Counted from the stretch's first letter, positions 9,745-21,092 are shown. The stretch is DNA of 64,000 bases from an uncultured Gemmatimonadaceae bacterium (GCA_963817955.1 CAWFQK010000004.1:1216001-1280000); one strand, 5' to 3'. The notes: generated by a model from the sequence alone, not told the origin. A program made the numbers and translations.

Positions 9745-10712
9745 GCCAGGCCGAGATCCGCGTCGCTCGGATCAGGCAGGTCGGCATACACAGGATTGGA
9801 GAGATACCGCTCGCCGAAGTCGCAGACAATGGAGACAATGAGCTTTCCCTCGTTCTCCGGGCGCCGTGCAACTTGCACGGCCGCCCAGGTGTTCGAGCCC
9901 GACGAGATGCCGGCGAAGATCCCCTCTTCGCGCGCCAGGCGACGTGCCATGGTTATGGCGTCGTCGTTCATCACACGAATCACTTCGTCGTAGATCGACG
10001 TGTCGAGAACGGACGGGACGAAGCCCGCGCCGAGTCCTTGCTGCTTGTGCGGCGCGGGCTCACCGCCCGAGAGCACTGGGCTCTCTGCCGGTTCCACTGT
10101 AACAATCTGAATGTCCGGATTCTTTTCGCGCAGAAATCGGCCGGCGCCCGTGACGGTACCGCCGGTGCCAACCCCAGCGACAAAGATGTCGACGGTGCCG
10201 TCCGTGTCCGCCCAGATTTCCGGCCCGGTGGTGCGGTAGTGAATGCCCGGATTCGCGGGATTGTCGAACTGGCGCGGAATCCACGCGCGATCGCCAAGCG
10301 ACCCGGCGATCTCCTCCGCTTTCGCGATGGCGCCCTTCATTCCCTTTGGCCCTTCAGTGAGCACAACTCGGCAACCCATGGACTTGAGCAGGTTGCGGCG
10401 CTCGACCGTCATCGTTTCAGGCATCGTGAAGATGCAGCGAAACCCGCGAGCGACTGCGGCAAAGGCGAGACCGATGCCTGTATTCCCGCTGGTTGGCTCG
10501 ACGATCACCCTACCGGGTCGCAGCACGCCGCGCGCGATGGCGTCGTCTATCATGGCAACCCCAATACGGTCTTTCACCGAGTTGAATGGATTGAACCCTT
10601 CGTGTTTCACCACGATCCGCGCCGGTAGGCCCGCCGCGATAGTGTTCAACTGAATGAGCGGCGTTGCGCCGATCGTTTCGGTGATGTCGCGAAAGATTCC
10701 CTGGCGCCGCAT
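9741..10712 (-). CDS. cysK: Cysteine synthase A
   Basis: [10 protein letters not shown] (PLP lysine), [36 protein letters not shown]. Confidence 0.95.
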   Translation of the reverse strand: MRRQGIFRDITETIGATPLIQLNTIAAGLPARIVVKHEGFNPFNSVKDRIGVAMIDDAIARGVLRPGRVIVEPTSGNTGIGLAFAAVARGFRCIFTMPETMTVERRNLLKSMGCRVVLTEGPKGMKGAIAKAEEIAGSLGDRAWIPRQFDNPANPGIHYRTTGPEIWADTDGTVDIFVAGVGTGGTVTGAGRFLREKNPDIQIVTVEPAESPVLSGGEPAPHKQQGLGAGFVPSVLDTSIYDEVIRVMNDDAITMARRLAREEGIFAGISSGSNTWAAVQVARRPENEGKLIVSIVCDFGERYLSNPVYADLPDPSDADLGLA

Positions 10713-10983
10713 GACGCGTCCCTCCGGTTGACATTGAGTTCAGGCTCCGGTACGTACCCGCGAATCGGCATGATGCCCTGCAAGGCCCTGGCCGCCGCCT
10801 CGCTCGACCGCGCCGACAGTAACGGAACGAGCTCCACCGTATTCCAACTCGTCCCATTCCAACCCATTCTCGGTTCACGGCGTCTAAGCGAGGAGCGTGT
10901 ACGGGCAATCGGCCCCGGAGTGTAACCTTTGCGTGGCGACGTCCGTAGATCCTCGGGCGCACTCACCCCCTGATGGACGAGCA

Positions 10984-13479
10984 ATGACAAATCTGAAGCT
11001 CGCGTTTCGCACCCTGGTTCGAACGCCGTTCGTGACCCTGGTGGCGGTGCTCTCGCTCGGTCTCGGCATTGGCGCGAACGCGGCGATCTACTCGGTCCTC
11101 GATGAAATGCTCCTCCGGCCGTTGCCGGTGTCGCACCCGGAGCAATTGGTCAACCTATCGGCACCAGGCCCGATGGCCGGATCCACATCGTGCAACCAGG
11201 CGGGCGACTGCACCTCGATCTTCAGCTACGCCATGTTCCGCGACCTCGCAAAGGCGCCGAGTGGATTCAGTGGCATAGCCGCCCACCGGCTGTTCAGTGC
11301 AAACGTCGCGTTCAAGAATCAGACGCTGAACGGCGAGGGCATGCTCGTATCCGGCTCGTATTTCCCCGTGCTCGGGATCACGCCTGCACTCGGACGGTTG
11401 TTCTCACCCAGCGATGATCAGACGATCGGCGGTCATTTCGTGGCGGTGCTGAGCTACGCCTACTGGGAAACGCGGCTCGGCGCGAACCCGAATGTCCTCA
11501 ATGACAGAATCATCATCAATGGCCAAACGCTGACGATCATTGGCGTCGCGCCCAAAGGCTTTGATGGCACGACGCTCGGCGCGCCACCCAATGTCTACGT
11601 GCCCATCACCATGCGAGGCGTGATGAGCCCGGGATGGAAGGGGTTCGACAATCGGCAGAGCTACTGGGTGTATCTGTTCGGCCGGCTCAAGCCGGGCGTG
11701 ACGCTGGCGCAGGCGCAGGCTTCGATCAACGCCACGTTCAAGCCGATCATCAACGATATCGAGGCCCCACAGCAGAAGGGCATGAGCGCGCAGACGATGA
11801 CGAAATTCCGCGCCCGCACCGTGCAACTCGACGATGGCCGTCACGGCCAGAGCTCGGTTCATGGTAGCGCCAAGGCGCCCCTCACCTTGCTGTTCGGCAT
11901 CACCGGCATCGTGCTGCTCATCGCCTGCGCAAACATCGCCAATCTGCTCATGGCGCGGGCCGCGAATCGCACCACGGAAATGGCGGTGCGGCTGTCGCTT
12001 GGCGCAACACGCATGCAGCTTCTCGCGCAGCTGCTCATGGAATCATGCATGCTCGCGCTGCTCGGCGGCATGGTCAGCCTGCTCTTTGCCCATTGGACGC
12101 TGGGCGCGCTGATGGCGATCTTGCCGCCCGACGAGGCGACGGCGTTGCACTTCGAGTTGCGCATGCCGGTGGTATGGTTCGCGACCGCGCTGTCGCTTGG
12201 CACCGGCCTGCTATTCGGACTGTTTCCGGCGCTGCAGAGCACGACGCCCGACTTGGTGACGACCCTCCGCGCCGGCTCCGGCAAACTCGCCGGTGTGCGC
12301 GCGGCGGCGCGTTTCCGCAACTCCCTCGTCACGGCACAGATCGCGTTATCAATGGCGCTCCTCATCTCCGCGGGATTGTTCGTCAAGAGTCTGCTCAACG
12401 TGACCAGGGTCGATCTCGGCGTGAAGATCGAGCATGTCGTGACGTTCGGCATCTCGCCATCGCTCAATGGATACGACAACGCACGCTCGGCTCAGTTCTT
12501 CCAACGCGTCGAGCAGGAACTCGGAGCGTTGCCGGGCGTGAACGGCGTCGCTGGCGCCCTCGTGCCGCTCCTCGCGGGCGACAACTGGGGCAGCGACGTC
12601 AACGTGCAAGGTTTCAAGAAGGGGCCCGATACCGACGCGAACGCGCGGTTCAACGAGGTCGGCCCAGGGTATTTCCGTACGATGGGCGTTCCAATGCTGT
12701 CCGGACGCGAGTTCACCGCGTCGGACGTCATGGGTGCGCCGAGGGTGGCGATCGTGAACGAAGCGTTCGCCAAGAAATTCAACCTCGGCCGCGACGCGGT
12801 GGGCAAGTTCATCGGGACCGGCCGCGGCGATTCGCTGAACATCCAGATCGTAGGACTGGTGAAGGACGCCAACTACAGCCAGGTCAAACAGGTACCGCCC
12901 CCGGTCTTCGTGCAGCCCTATCGCCAGGATAGTACCGTCGGCTCGATGAACTTCTACGTGAAGACCGCGGGCGATCCCATGCAGCTCCTGCGGGCCATTC
13001 CCGGCGTGATCTCCAAGCTCGATGCCAATCTCCCGGTCGAGAACCTCAAGACGATGCCGCAGCAGGTGAAGGAGAACGTCTTCATGGACCGCATGATCAG
13101 CATGCTGTCGGCGGCATTCGCCGCGCTGGCAACGCTACTCGCCGCCGTCGGTTTGTACGGCGTGCTCGCGTACTCGGTCACGCAACGGACGCGGGAGATC
13201 GGCGTCCGCATGGCGCTCGGGGCGAACGCCGGCGCGGTGCGCGGAATGGTCATGCGCCAAGTGGCCATCATGACGGTGATCGGCAGCGTCATTGGCGTGG
13301 CCGGAGCGCTGGCGATCGGCCGCGGGGCCAAGTCCTTGCTCTATCAACTTCAGGGGAACGATCCCATGGTGATCGCGGCGGCGGCCGTGGTGCTCGCGGT
13401 GGTCGCGCTGGGGGCCGGCTACATCCCGGCGCTCAGAGCGTCGCGGGTCGATCCCATGCAGGCGCTACGCTACGAGTAG
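10984..13479 (+). CDS. ABC transporter permease, ADOP (duplicated MacB-PCD/FtsX orphan permease) family
   Basis: LRTLVRTPFVT-like N-terminus with LGLGIGANAAIYS; LLIACANIANLL; RTREIGVRMALGA; ends RVDPMQALRYE. Confidence 0.93.
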   Translation: MTNLKLAFRTLVRTPFVTLVAVLSLGLGIGANAAIYSVLDEMLLRPLPVSHPEQLVNLSAPGPMAGSTSCNQAGDCTSIFSYAMFRDLAKAPSGFSGIAAHRLFSANVAFKNQTLNGEGMLVSGSYFPVLGITPALGRLFSPSDDQTIGGHFVAVLSYAYWETRLGANPNVLNDRIIINGQTLTIIGVAPKGFDGTTLGAPPNVYVPITMRGVMSPGWKGFDNRQSYWVYLFGRLKPGVTLAQAQASINATFKPIINDIEAPQQKGMSAQTMTKFRARTVQLDDGRHGQSSVHGSAKAPLTLLFGITGIVLLIACANIANLLMARAANRTTEMAVRLSLGATRMQLLAQLLMESCMLALLGGMVSLLFAHWTLGALMAILPPDEATALHFELRMPVVWFATALSLGTGLLFGLFPALQSTTPDLVTTLRAGSGKLAGVRAAARFRNSLVTAQIALSMALLISAGLFVKSLLNVTRVDLGVKIEHVVTFGISPSLNGYDNARSAQFFQRVEQELGALPGVNGVAGALVPLLAGDNWGSDVNVQGFKKGPDTDANARFNEVGPGYFRTMGVPMLSGREFTASDVMGAPRVAIVNEAFAKKFNLGRDAVGKFIGTGRGDSLNIQIVGLVKDANYSQVKQVPPPVFVQPYRQDSTVGSMNFYVKTAGDPMQLLRAIPGVISKLDANLPVENLKTMPQQVKENVFMDRMISMLSAAFAALATLLAAVGLYGVLAYSVTQRTREIGVRMALGANAGAVRGMVMRQVAIMTVIGSVIGVAGALAIGRGAKSLLYQLQGNDPMVIAAAAVVLAVVALGAGYIPALRASRVDPMQALRYE

Positions 13480-13502
13480 AAACGAGTGATCTGCAACGTA
13501 CT

Positions 13503-13997
13503 TCATTCTTGCGATGAGTGTTCGTCTTGCGGCGCGAGGTTGTTCACGCGGATCGGCACCAGCGCATTCAGCGCGCCCGCCACGATACTGCGGTGACAGC
13601 GCGACGGATCCGCCTCGAAGCACAGCAGACAGACACGGCGGCCCGATCGCACGATATCGGCGAGTGCATGAAGCTCGGCTTGGGCGGCCGGCGTTGCTAG
13701 ATGCGCCAGGAATATGCGTCGCATCTCGTCCTGATGGCCGGCACGGGCCGCGGCGCGACCGTCGGCCGGCGTCCCAAGGCCGCGCAGGTGCAGATACTCG
13801 ACCCCGATGCCACGAACATTCGCCGTGAGCGCCGTTTTGGCGAATCCGGGTCTCCGTGAGCTCGCGACTGCCCGCACATCGACCAGTAGCTCGACGTCCG
13901 CGTTTTCCACCGTCTCGAGGAAGGCAGACACGGTGGTTCCCTCGTAGCCTATGGTGGCGACAACATACGGCTTCACCTGCGCTCGCAGCTTCGTCAT
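13503..13997 (-). CDS. DUF488 family protein
   Basis: TIGYEG, LLVDVRAVASSRRPGFAK, LLCFEADPSRCHR. Confidence 0.88.
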   Translation of the reverse strand: MTKLRAQVKPYVVATIGYEGTTVSAFLETVENADVELLVDVRAVASSRRPGFAKTALTANVRGIGVEYLHLRGLGTPADGRAAARAGHQDEMRRIFLAHLATPAAQAELHALADIVRSGRRVCLLCFEADPSRCHRSIVAGALNALVPIRVNNLAPQDEHSSQE

Positions 13998-14113
13998 AGA
14001 GTGACTACTCCGTTGGCCTTCGATCAAACCTGATTGTAGCGGCCCGACGTAACAATACAGCCGGATCGTCCCGGCTGAATGATGATCTTCTCAGCGGGTC
14101 CGATACTAGAGAC

Positions 14114-14350
14114 GTGAGCATACACCCAGACGATCGGCTGCGTACGCACCTCCGAATGCGGGCGCCTCAATTTCTTCCGGCAGCGTGGCCAACGGCGATC
14201 GCCGAACCGCTCGATGTCGATGCGCCCGGTCTCGCGCTCAAGCTGGTCGAGAGTGGCATACCGATGGACCACATCATGATCCTGTTTCGACTGGCGAGCC
14301 GGCGGATTCGTCAGCGCTGGCGGCTCGGGACGATTGCCGACTCGAATTGA
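14114..14350 (+). CDS. Small hypothetical protein
   Basis: 78-aa ORF filling the gap between opposite-strand genes; protein-like composition only. Confidence 0.4.
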   Translation: MSIHPDDRLRTHLRMRAPQFLPAAWPTAIAEPLDVDAPGLALKLVESGIPMDHIMILFRLASRRIRQRWRLGTIADSN

Positions 14351-16378
14351 TCAGGCCATGGGACGCGAGTGTGTTGCACCGGACAACGCTGCGCGAACGG
14401 CATGCGCGAGCTGTTCGGGTGTGAACGGTTTCTCCAGGAATGGCGTGTCGGAGCGCATCAGGCCGCGCCGTAGGATCTCATCGTCGGCATAGCCAGACAT
14501 GAACAGGAATTTCAGTCCGGGAGAGCGAAGGGCGAGTTGCTCGGCGAGCGCGCGCCCGTTCAGTTCTGGCATGATGACGTCGGTGAGCACGAGCCCAATG
14601 CGATCGCCTTCAGCATCCACTATGCGCCGCGCTTCTGCGGCGCTCGACGCATCGCGCACCGTGTAGCCCTGCCGCTCGAGCATCTGCCGCACAACCATAC
14701 GCACGTGCGGCTCATCCTCCACGAGAAGGATCATCTCGCTGCCGCGCGGTGCTATCCGCTCCGGTGGGAGCACGGTCGGGGTGTCCTCTTTATCGCTGAC
14801 CGGCAACAGCACGGTGAACCGGCTTCCCTCACCCGGCGTACTCTCGACGAACACGTGGCCCCCGCTCTGGTGCACGATCCCGTGGACCGTCGCTAATCCA
14901 AGACCAGTGCCCGCACCCATTGCCTTCGTGGTGTAGAACGGCTCGAAGATATGCGGCAGAATCGCGGAATCGATGCCCGCACCCGTATCCTCGATGGTGA
15001 GCGATACATACTTCCCGATCGCGAGACCCGGCCGTGCACGCGCCGCGAGCCAGTCCACTTCGACGTTGGCCGTGCGCAACGTGATCGTGCCGCCGTCCGC
15101 CATTGCATCGCGCGCGTTGACCGCGAGGTTCATCAACACCTGCTCGAGCTGGCCCGGGTCGGCATGTACGGGCCAGAGGGACCCCGCGAGGGCCATCTCG
15201 AGCATGATGTCCTCGGCAATGACGCGCCGGAGCATGGCGGTCACTCCGGTGACGGTCTCGTTCAGGTCAGTGCGCTGCGGCCGTAGCATCTGCTTCCGCC
15301 CGAAGGCAAGGAGCTGCCGAGTCAGATCCGCCGCTCGCAACGACGCCGACAACACCTCGTCGATGTCGGACCGTAGCTCGCTGTCACTGGGTAATTTGGC
15401 CGCTACGAGGCGACTGTAGTTCTGAATGACGGTGAGCAGATTGTTGAAGTCGTGCGCCACGCCCGCGGCCAGGCGCCCCACCGCTTCCATCTTCTGCGAC
15501 TGGCGGAGCTGCGTAGCGAGCGCCTGCTCTTCGGTCACGTCGCGCGAATTCACCACGATCCCACGCATTGCGGGGTCGTGCAGGAGGTTCGTGCCCGTCG
15601 ACGAGATCGCGCGCCAGCTGCCATCTGCGTGACGGTGACGCAGGCGGACGATCGCGCGTCCGCCCGGCTGCTCCAGGAGACGAGCGAACTCGGCGAGCAC
15701 CTCGCCGATGTCATCGGCGTGCACGAACTCGAACGCGGTCCTGCCTAGCAGCTCGCCGGGGGCGTACCCGAGATAGCGCTCATGCGCCGGACTCACGTAC
15801 AGGTGCACGCCCTTTTCATCGAGCAGAGTCGTCATGTCCGACGAGTTCTCGATGAGGGCGCGATAGCGGTGCTCGCTTCGGGTCAGCTCTTCCTCGGCTC
15901 GGCGCTGCTCTGTTCGATCGCTCACCAGCGCTACGACGCCGGCGAAAGACCCGTCGGCGGCGAAGATGGGACTGGATGACACCCGCACCCAGCACTGGGT
16001 ACCGTCGGGACGGAGCACCGTGCCCTGGTAGGTCCCCGCCTCGCCGGTTTGCCGCCGCGCGAAGCGCGCCATCGCGATCGTCGCATCTGGCGCGCCGACC
16101 AGCTCGGGGATTGTGCGGCCAATCGCGTCTTCTGGTGTTCGGCCAAGAATCTCCGCCATGCGCGCGTTGATATACGTAGCGCGGGCATTGGCATCGAGCT
16201 CCCATACGCCTTCGTGCGCCGAGTCCACCAACCGGCGGAACCGTTCTTCATCCGACTGCAGACCGGGCGCGGCGGCGGACCCGGGCCCGGGCCCGGCGGC
16301 TACGTTGAGCGGCGAATTAGACGTGTGAGACATCGCCGAGGCTGACGAGCACCGTCCGCTCGGCGCAACTGGATCCAC
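14351..16378 (-). CDS. PAS-PAS hybrid sensor histidine kinase/response regulator
   Basis: Two PAS domains, H-box AGVAHDFNNLL, NLAVNARDAM, FEPFYTTK, GTGLGL, C-terminal receiver (LLVED, DVIMP, KPF). Start may be 16333. Confidence 0.95.
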   Translation of the reverse strand: MDPVAPSGRCSSASAMSHTSNSPLNVAAGPGPGSAAAPGLQSDEERFRRLVDSAHEGVWELDANARATYINARMAEILGRTPEDAIGRTIPELVGAPDATIAMARFARRQTGEAGTYQGTVLRPDGTQCWVRVSSSPIFAADGSFAGVVALVSDRTEQRRAEEELTRSEHRYRALIENSSDMTTLLDEKGVHLYVSPAHERYLGYAPGELLGRTAFEFVHADDIGEVLAEFARLLEQPGGRAIVRLRHRHADGSWRAISSTGTNLLHDPAMRGIVVNSRDVTEEQALATQLRQSQKMEAVGRLAAGVAHDFNNLLTVIQNYSRLVAAKLPSDSELRSDIDEVLSASLRAADLTRQLLAFGRKQMLRPQRTDLNETVTGVTAMLRRVIAEDIMLEMALAGSLWPVHADPGQLEQVLMNLAVNARDAMADGGTITLRTANVEVDWLAARARPGLAIGKYVSLTIEDTGAGIDSAILPHIFEPFYTTKAMGAGTGLGLATVHGIVHQSGGHVFVESTPGEGSRFTVLLPVSDKEDTPTVLPPERIAPRGSEMILLVEDEPHVRMVVRQMLERQGYTVRDASSAAEARRIVDAEGDRIGLVLTDVIMPELNGRALAEQLALRSPGLKFLFMSGYADDEILRRGLMRSDTPFLEKPFTPEQLAHAVRAALSGATHSRPMA

Positions 16379-16502
16379 GCATATGGATCGCGGCTCGCCC
16401 GATCACTGCACTACGACAATCTCCTTCGCCATGCCATACGCCGTGTGAGGTTAGCCGTCCGTCACGTCGGGAACGAAGCAGAGCAGCACGTAAGCGACGT
16501 GA

Positions 16503-16967
16503 TCAGGCTTTGGGTCCGCCCGCCAGTTGCCGTACGAGTTGATCCAGGAACGCCAGTCCGTCGTAGTACGACTTGACGCGCAGTTTCTCGTCGCGGCCGT
16601 GGGCGTTGCTCTCTCCCCCAGCGCTGAAGATGCCGCTGACACCGTACGTCGGAATACCGACAATGCGCAGGAAACGGCCATCCGTCGCGCCGGTAGACAT
16701 CGTCGGCACCACGGGAATTTCGCCCCACATGCGTTTGGTCAGCACTGTCGCTGCCGCGAGTAGCTCCGGCTCGACCGGACTCGGCGCGGCGCCGAACTTC
16801 TCGGTGTTCGGCACGGTGTACGTGACCTTGATGCCCGTGTCGTTCACGACGTGCGTCAGCTGATTGGCGATCAGCCACTCGACGCCATTCGCATCACCGC
16901 CCTCTTCGTCCGCCGTCAGCGCAAGGATGATATCGCGATCGGGAACAAAACCTTCCTTCTTATAAGA
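16503..16967 (-). pseudogene. M20/M25/M40 metallohydrolase remnant lacking the N-terminus and a large internal segment
   Basis: The frame directly after the upstream stop reads SYKKEGFVPDRDIILALTADEEGGDANGVEWLIAN, joined in frame to C-terminal ...PTMSTGATDGRFLR...NAHGRDE. No start codon for the first part. Confidence 0.8.
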
Positions 16968-19900
16968 TCATCGCGGCGCCCTCGCCCGGCCGGCCGCTGC
17001 AGTTGGTGTGGTGGCGGCCGCCGCGGCTGGTTCATCGTTCCAGTTCAGGATCGAGTTGAACACCATGTTGAACTCTCCGTGGTTCTGCCAACGATAGATC
17101 GGATTGTTCGCGAACATGATGACACGACCGTTCCCGTTGTGCGCCTGCGGAATGTCCATGGCAAATGCACGTCCCTTGATGTTGTCGGCGCCCGTCATCA
17201 AACCGCTCAACACCGATGCGTCGCCGCCGACATACTGCGCAAGCACGTTGCCCTGATCGGCGATGCCGACGCGGAACAGCTGAGAGCCCTGGCCGAACTT
17301 GACCGGAAAGATCTTGTTCTCATAGCCGTAGAACACCGGGCTGTTCGTCTTCACGATCTCGGCCTGAATGAGCGGCTTTTGTGCATTCACGCCCGTCGGA
17401 TTTTCCGTGTCCACCGTGTGCGATAAGCCGAATTCGATCGGGAATCGAACCGCCTGCAGTGCGGTGATCAGCGTGCCGCCCTGATCGAGGAACTTGTCGA
17501 TCGCGTCGACGCCCGGCTGACCAAAGCCGCCGCTCATGTCGGGGGACTCGCCGTACATGCCGAGGAACTTGTACTTGTCGCTCTTCACGTACGGCTGCGG
17601 ACGGGCCGCCTTTGGTGCGAACACGGCCGCGCGATTGATGTTCTGCGCCGCCATGATGATGACGTCGTAGTCCTTTTTCAGATCGCCCTTCGCCACGCGT
17701 TCCTTGTAGATCAGATCGAACGGAACACCGAACTGGTCCAGGGTGAATCGATACCAACCCAACTCCTGCGTGCTGCTCCACTGTGAGTAGATCGCAACAC
17801 GCGGCACGTCGCCGTCGTGGGTCGCCACCGTCGGAAGTGCCGACAGCGCCGCAGCCGTGAGCCCGAGCGATTCCGCCGCGCTCTTTGCCGCGGCAAGGTC
17901 GCTCGCCGAACCCGTCACGATGAACGAGCCCGCCGGGAACGTGACGCCGTTCGACGTGAACGATTGCTCGGCGATCTTCATTGGCACGTTCTTCAGGCGA
18001 TAACGGAACGTGATCATGTTGTTCGAGCCATAGTGCGCCACCGCGAGACCAGCCGAGCCCGTACCGCTCACCTTTCCCTTCACCTCTGCCGTCTTGACCA
18101 GGGTCGCTGGCGCGGCGAGGATCGTCTTATCGTTGATCTCTTTCACGTCGACGTCGAACGCATAGCCCATCGACCAGCCGCTGTCGTCGTACGTCGTGAG
18201 GGCGGGATCCGGGTAGTCCTGGCGCTCGAGCAGATTCTTCGCCAGCCGGCCATAGGGCTGATCGAGCTTGATGACGTACGAGCCCGCCGGATACTTGGCG
18301 GTGCCGATGGTCACGTCGGCGTTGAGCGTTCCAATCTCGATGCCTTGCGCCCGGAGCACATTCACCAGGGCTGCGACTTTCGTCATGTCTCGCTGCACCG
18401 GAAACACGTACCCGTACGGCGCCGCTGTGCTCCCGGCTTCGAGCGAGTGCTTCGTCTTCACGTAGAAGTTTTCCATGATGAGATTTGGAAACATCGACGT
18501 GAGCTGGAGCGCGGACAGGACGCCCGTCTCCATATAGTTGGCATTGTTGCGCCGCGTGAAGTTCTGCGCCGCGTTGGGCGGAATGGGAATGCCGCGATAC
18601 CATTCGCGCGGTTGTCCACCGCCGCGTCCCGTTGGGATCGGCGACGCGCGCCCGCCGCCGAATGGCGCCGCTCCACCCGGCGCTGCCGCAGCCGGCCCGG
18701 CCGCTCCTCCGCGCCCACCGCCGCCGCCGCCACGACCTCCTCGTCCACCACCACCACCCGGCGCCGCTGCCGCTCCGGCTGCCGTGCTATCTCCCCGAGC
18801 GCCTCGTCCACCACCTCCCGCGGCGGGCGTACCCGGCGTCTGCTCACGTCCGGATTGCGTCTCGTACATGCGCATCATGCCATTGTGGTTGTAGGCCACT
18901 GAACCGAGATAGCCCGGCGACCACCCGTCCATGAACGCATGCGTGTACACGCCCGGCATTCCCCACTTCGTCATCTGCGCCAGTTCCCAGTTCGAGAAGA
19001 ACGGCAGCTCGGCAAAGAGAATCGGATCGAGATTCGGGTTCTGTGGCGGACCGCCGCTGTACGTGTACATCAGCGGCTGCGCTTCGTGCAGATCGTGGAT
19101 GATCGGCGGATGCGCCGTGTAGTACCAGTCGGTGATCGCACGCATCGACATCTGCGAGAGGTTGATGTCGCGATTGTTGTCGTGGAAGACGTACTTGCCC
19201 CAGTACGGAAGCGATCCGCCTGCCTGCGCGCCGAACGGTGCACCATTCGCCGCCCCCGCGACGGGCGCACCCGGCGCTCGGCCCGCGGTATCCGTCGCCG
19301 GCGACGGCGCCGGCGTAGGCGAGGCAGCCTGAACCTCGAGGCCGTGGTAGAACCAATCCACGTTCCGATCGCGCCCATCCGGCTCGGCGGCCGGCGTGAT
19401 CGACACGATGACGTTGTTGCGGATCTGCGTCACGAGCGGCGACGTTTCCGTCGCCAGACGGTACGCGAGTTCCATCAGCATTTCGGACGGACCGGTTTCA
19501 CCGCTGTGCAGCCCGCCAATGAGATGGTAGTTCGGCTTCGTCGTCGCGATCAGATTGCGAATCTCCGCGTCGGACCGGCCGCGCGGATCGGCAATCTTCG
19601 CCGTGTTGTCACGGTTCCGCTGAAGGTTGCGGATGTTCTCCTCCGACGACACCCACACCACCACGAGCTCGCGTCCTTCGTCGGATGTGCCGATCGTCTC
19701 CACCTTCACGCGCGGCGTCGCCTTGGCGAGCGCACGGTAGTACTTCAGGATGTCGGCGTAGTACGTGAGCTTGGCCGGCGCCCCGATGTAGTAGCCGAGG
19801 ACGTCCTTGGGCGTCGGAATTCCTCGCACTTTCGGCAGGTGATCGACCAGCGGACTACCGTAGTTCGGCTCGCTCGTCCACTGCGCGTATGCCTTGGCGA

Positions 19901-20042
19901 AATCATCGTATTGCGCCTGCTTGGGATCGCGCGTTTCGTTGACGGCTTGCTGCGCCTGTGCGGTACGGGCAGCGGAAAGAACGAGTGCCGAGGCCAGTAG
20001 CGCCCGGAGCAGGCGGCGTGGGCTCATGCGTCTGGCGTTCAT
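16968..20042 (-). CDS. Secreted M14 family zinc carboxypeptidase-like protein
   Basis: AGGAG RBS before ATG 20042, signal peptide, GLHSGETG, HDNNRD, HDLHE, C-terminal GATase-like domain. Confidence 0.9.
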   Translation of the reverse strand: MNARRMSPRRLLRALLASALVLSAARTAQAQQAVNETRDPKQAQYDDFAKAYAQWTSEPNYGSPLVDHLPKVRGIPTPKDVLGYYIGAPAKLTYYADILKYYRALAKATPRVKVETIGTSDEGRELVVVWVSSEENIRNLQRNRDNTAKIADPRGRSDAEIRNLIATTKPNYHLIGGLHSGETGPSEMLMELAYRLATETSPLVTQIRNNVIVSITPAAEPDGRDRNVDWFYHGLEVQAASPTPAPSPATDTAGRAPGAPVAGAANGAPFGAQAGGSLPYWGKYVFHDNNRDINLSQMSMRAITDWYYTAHPPIIHDLHEAQPLMYTYSGGPPQNPNLDPILFAELPFFSNWELAQMTKWGMPGVYTHAFMDGWSPGYLGSVAYNHNGMMRMYETQSGREQTPGTPAAGGGGRGARGDSTAAGAAAAPGGGGGRGGRGGGGGGRGGAAGPAAAAPGGAAPFGGGRASPIPTGRGGGQPREWYRGIPIPPNAAQNFTRRNNANYMETGVLSALQLTSMFPNLIMENFYVKTKHSLEAGSTAAPYGYVFPVQRDMTKVAALVNVLRAQGIEIGTLNADVTIGTAKYPAGSYVIKLDQPYGRLAKNLLERQDYPDPALTTYDDSGWSMGYAFDVDVKEINDKTILAAPATLVKTAEVKGKVSGTGSAGLAVAHYGSNNMITFRYRLKNVPMKIAEQSFTSNGVTFPAGSFIVTGSASDLAAAKSAAESLGLTAAALSALPTVATHDGDVPRVAIYSQWSSTQELGWYRFTLDQFGVPFDLIYKERVAKGDLKKDYDVIIMAAQNINRAAVFAPKAARPQPYVKSDKYKFLGMYGESPDMSGGFGQPGVDAIDKFLDQGGTLITALQAVRFPIEFGLSHTVDTENPTGVNAQKPLIQAEIVKTNSPVFYGYENKIFPVKFGQGSQLFRVGIADQGNVLAQYVGGDASVLSGLMTGADNIKGRAFAMDIPQAHNGNGRVIMFANNPIYRWQNHGEFNMVFNSILNWNDEPAAAAATTPTAAAGRARAPR

Positions 20043-20162
20043 GTACGTGACTCCTGGACAGATGGCGCGGAGGACGGGGGAGAGACTGGGGAAGCTACGG
20101 AAGGCACGCCGAAGGGGCCAGAGGATGCGGCGGCGCGACACAGTGAAAGCACGCCATGCTCG

Positions 20163-20945
20163 CTACGCCGAGGTAAGCGGCGGCAGGCCCATTGACGATC
20201 GGAGACGCTCGTACTCGGTGGCCGGCATCTGCACGATGATCGGCCGCTTCGTTCGGTCGAGCCAGAGCATCAGATCCCGCAGCTGATCGGCGTCCATCGC
20301 GGTGCAACCGGCGGTGACCGAGGTCGGTCCCGCCCAGATGTGCAAGAAGATGCACGATCCGCCGCCCTTCCGCGGCGGCGCCGCGTTGTACCCCACGATG
20401 ACGCCAATCCGGTATTGATCGATCTTCCGCATGTGTTCAGCACTCGACCAATCGACGCGCGGCACCGTTGCGCGATCGACGACCGTGTTGTAGTGCACCG
20501 AGGTCGTGTCGTCGACACAATCGCTGGTTGGAGAAAGCTGCACGTAGGGAAGGTGGAGCTCGGGGAAACTCGAGGCGAATCCAAACGCGGTGTCGAGCGG
20601 AAACACTCCCGCCGGCGAGCGCCCATCGCCTTCATGCTTCACCGGCGCAGAAGGTGACGCACCTACTCGCGACGCGAACGCCGCGTCCCAGGCCAAGCCC
20701 GTGCGTCCAACCACGATAGGGATGGGGTCAGCCTCCAGCCGCCAAGTGCCGCCCGCGCGGGTGAACCGCCAGAGTCGACCCGACGTCGAATCCCAGGCGG
20801 GAGTGGTCACGACGACGAGTTGCTGTGCTTCCATCACGACACTCGTGGCCGGCACGGGTACGCTCGTCGCTGCCTGGCGACAGGATGCGCCGGAAGTGGC
20901 GGCCACGGCGAGCAGCACGCGGGCCAAGTTCGGTTTGACATGCAT
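20163..20945 (-). CDS. L,D-transpeptidase-like (YkuD family) protein
   Basis: KHEGDGRSPAGVF and GSCIFLHIW...TAGCTAM catalytic His/Cys motif; signal peptide. Confidence 0.85.
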   Translation of the reverse strand: MHVKPNLARVLLAVAATSGASCRQAATSVPVPATSVVMEAQQLVVVTTPAWDSTSGRLWRFTRAGGTWRLEADPIPIVVGRTGLAWDAAFASRVGASPSAPVKHEGDGRSPAGVFPLDTAFGFASSFPELHLPYVQLSPTSDCVDDTTSVHYNTVVDRATVPRVDWSSAEHMRKIDQYRIGVIVGYNAAPPRKGGGSCIFLHIWAGPTSVTAGCTAMDADQLRDLMLWLDRTKRPIIVQMPATEYERLRSSMGLPPLTSA

Positions 20946-21092
20946 GATGGCACGCTACGTCGTGGCAGCCCAGGCGGCAAGCGACGATGCGCCACCCTCC
21001 CACCGCGGGTTGCCCGCGAGGCGTCGGCGCAGACATACTCCAGTACGTTCTCGCCGCCCGTCATCCTAATCGTGCCAACCCAAGAGCTCCTC

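Noticed and set aside
10713..10980. SAM or other riboswitch upstream of cysK
   Set aside because: SAM-I core motifs were not found by eye; an Infernal/Rfam scan would be needed.
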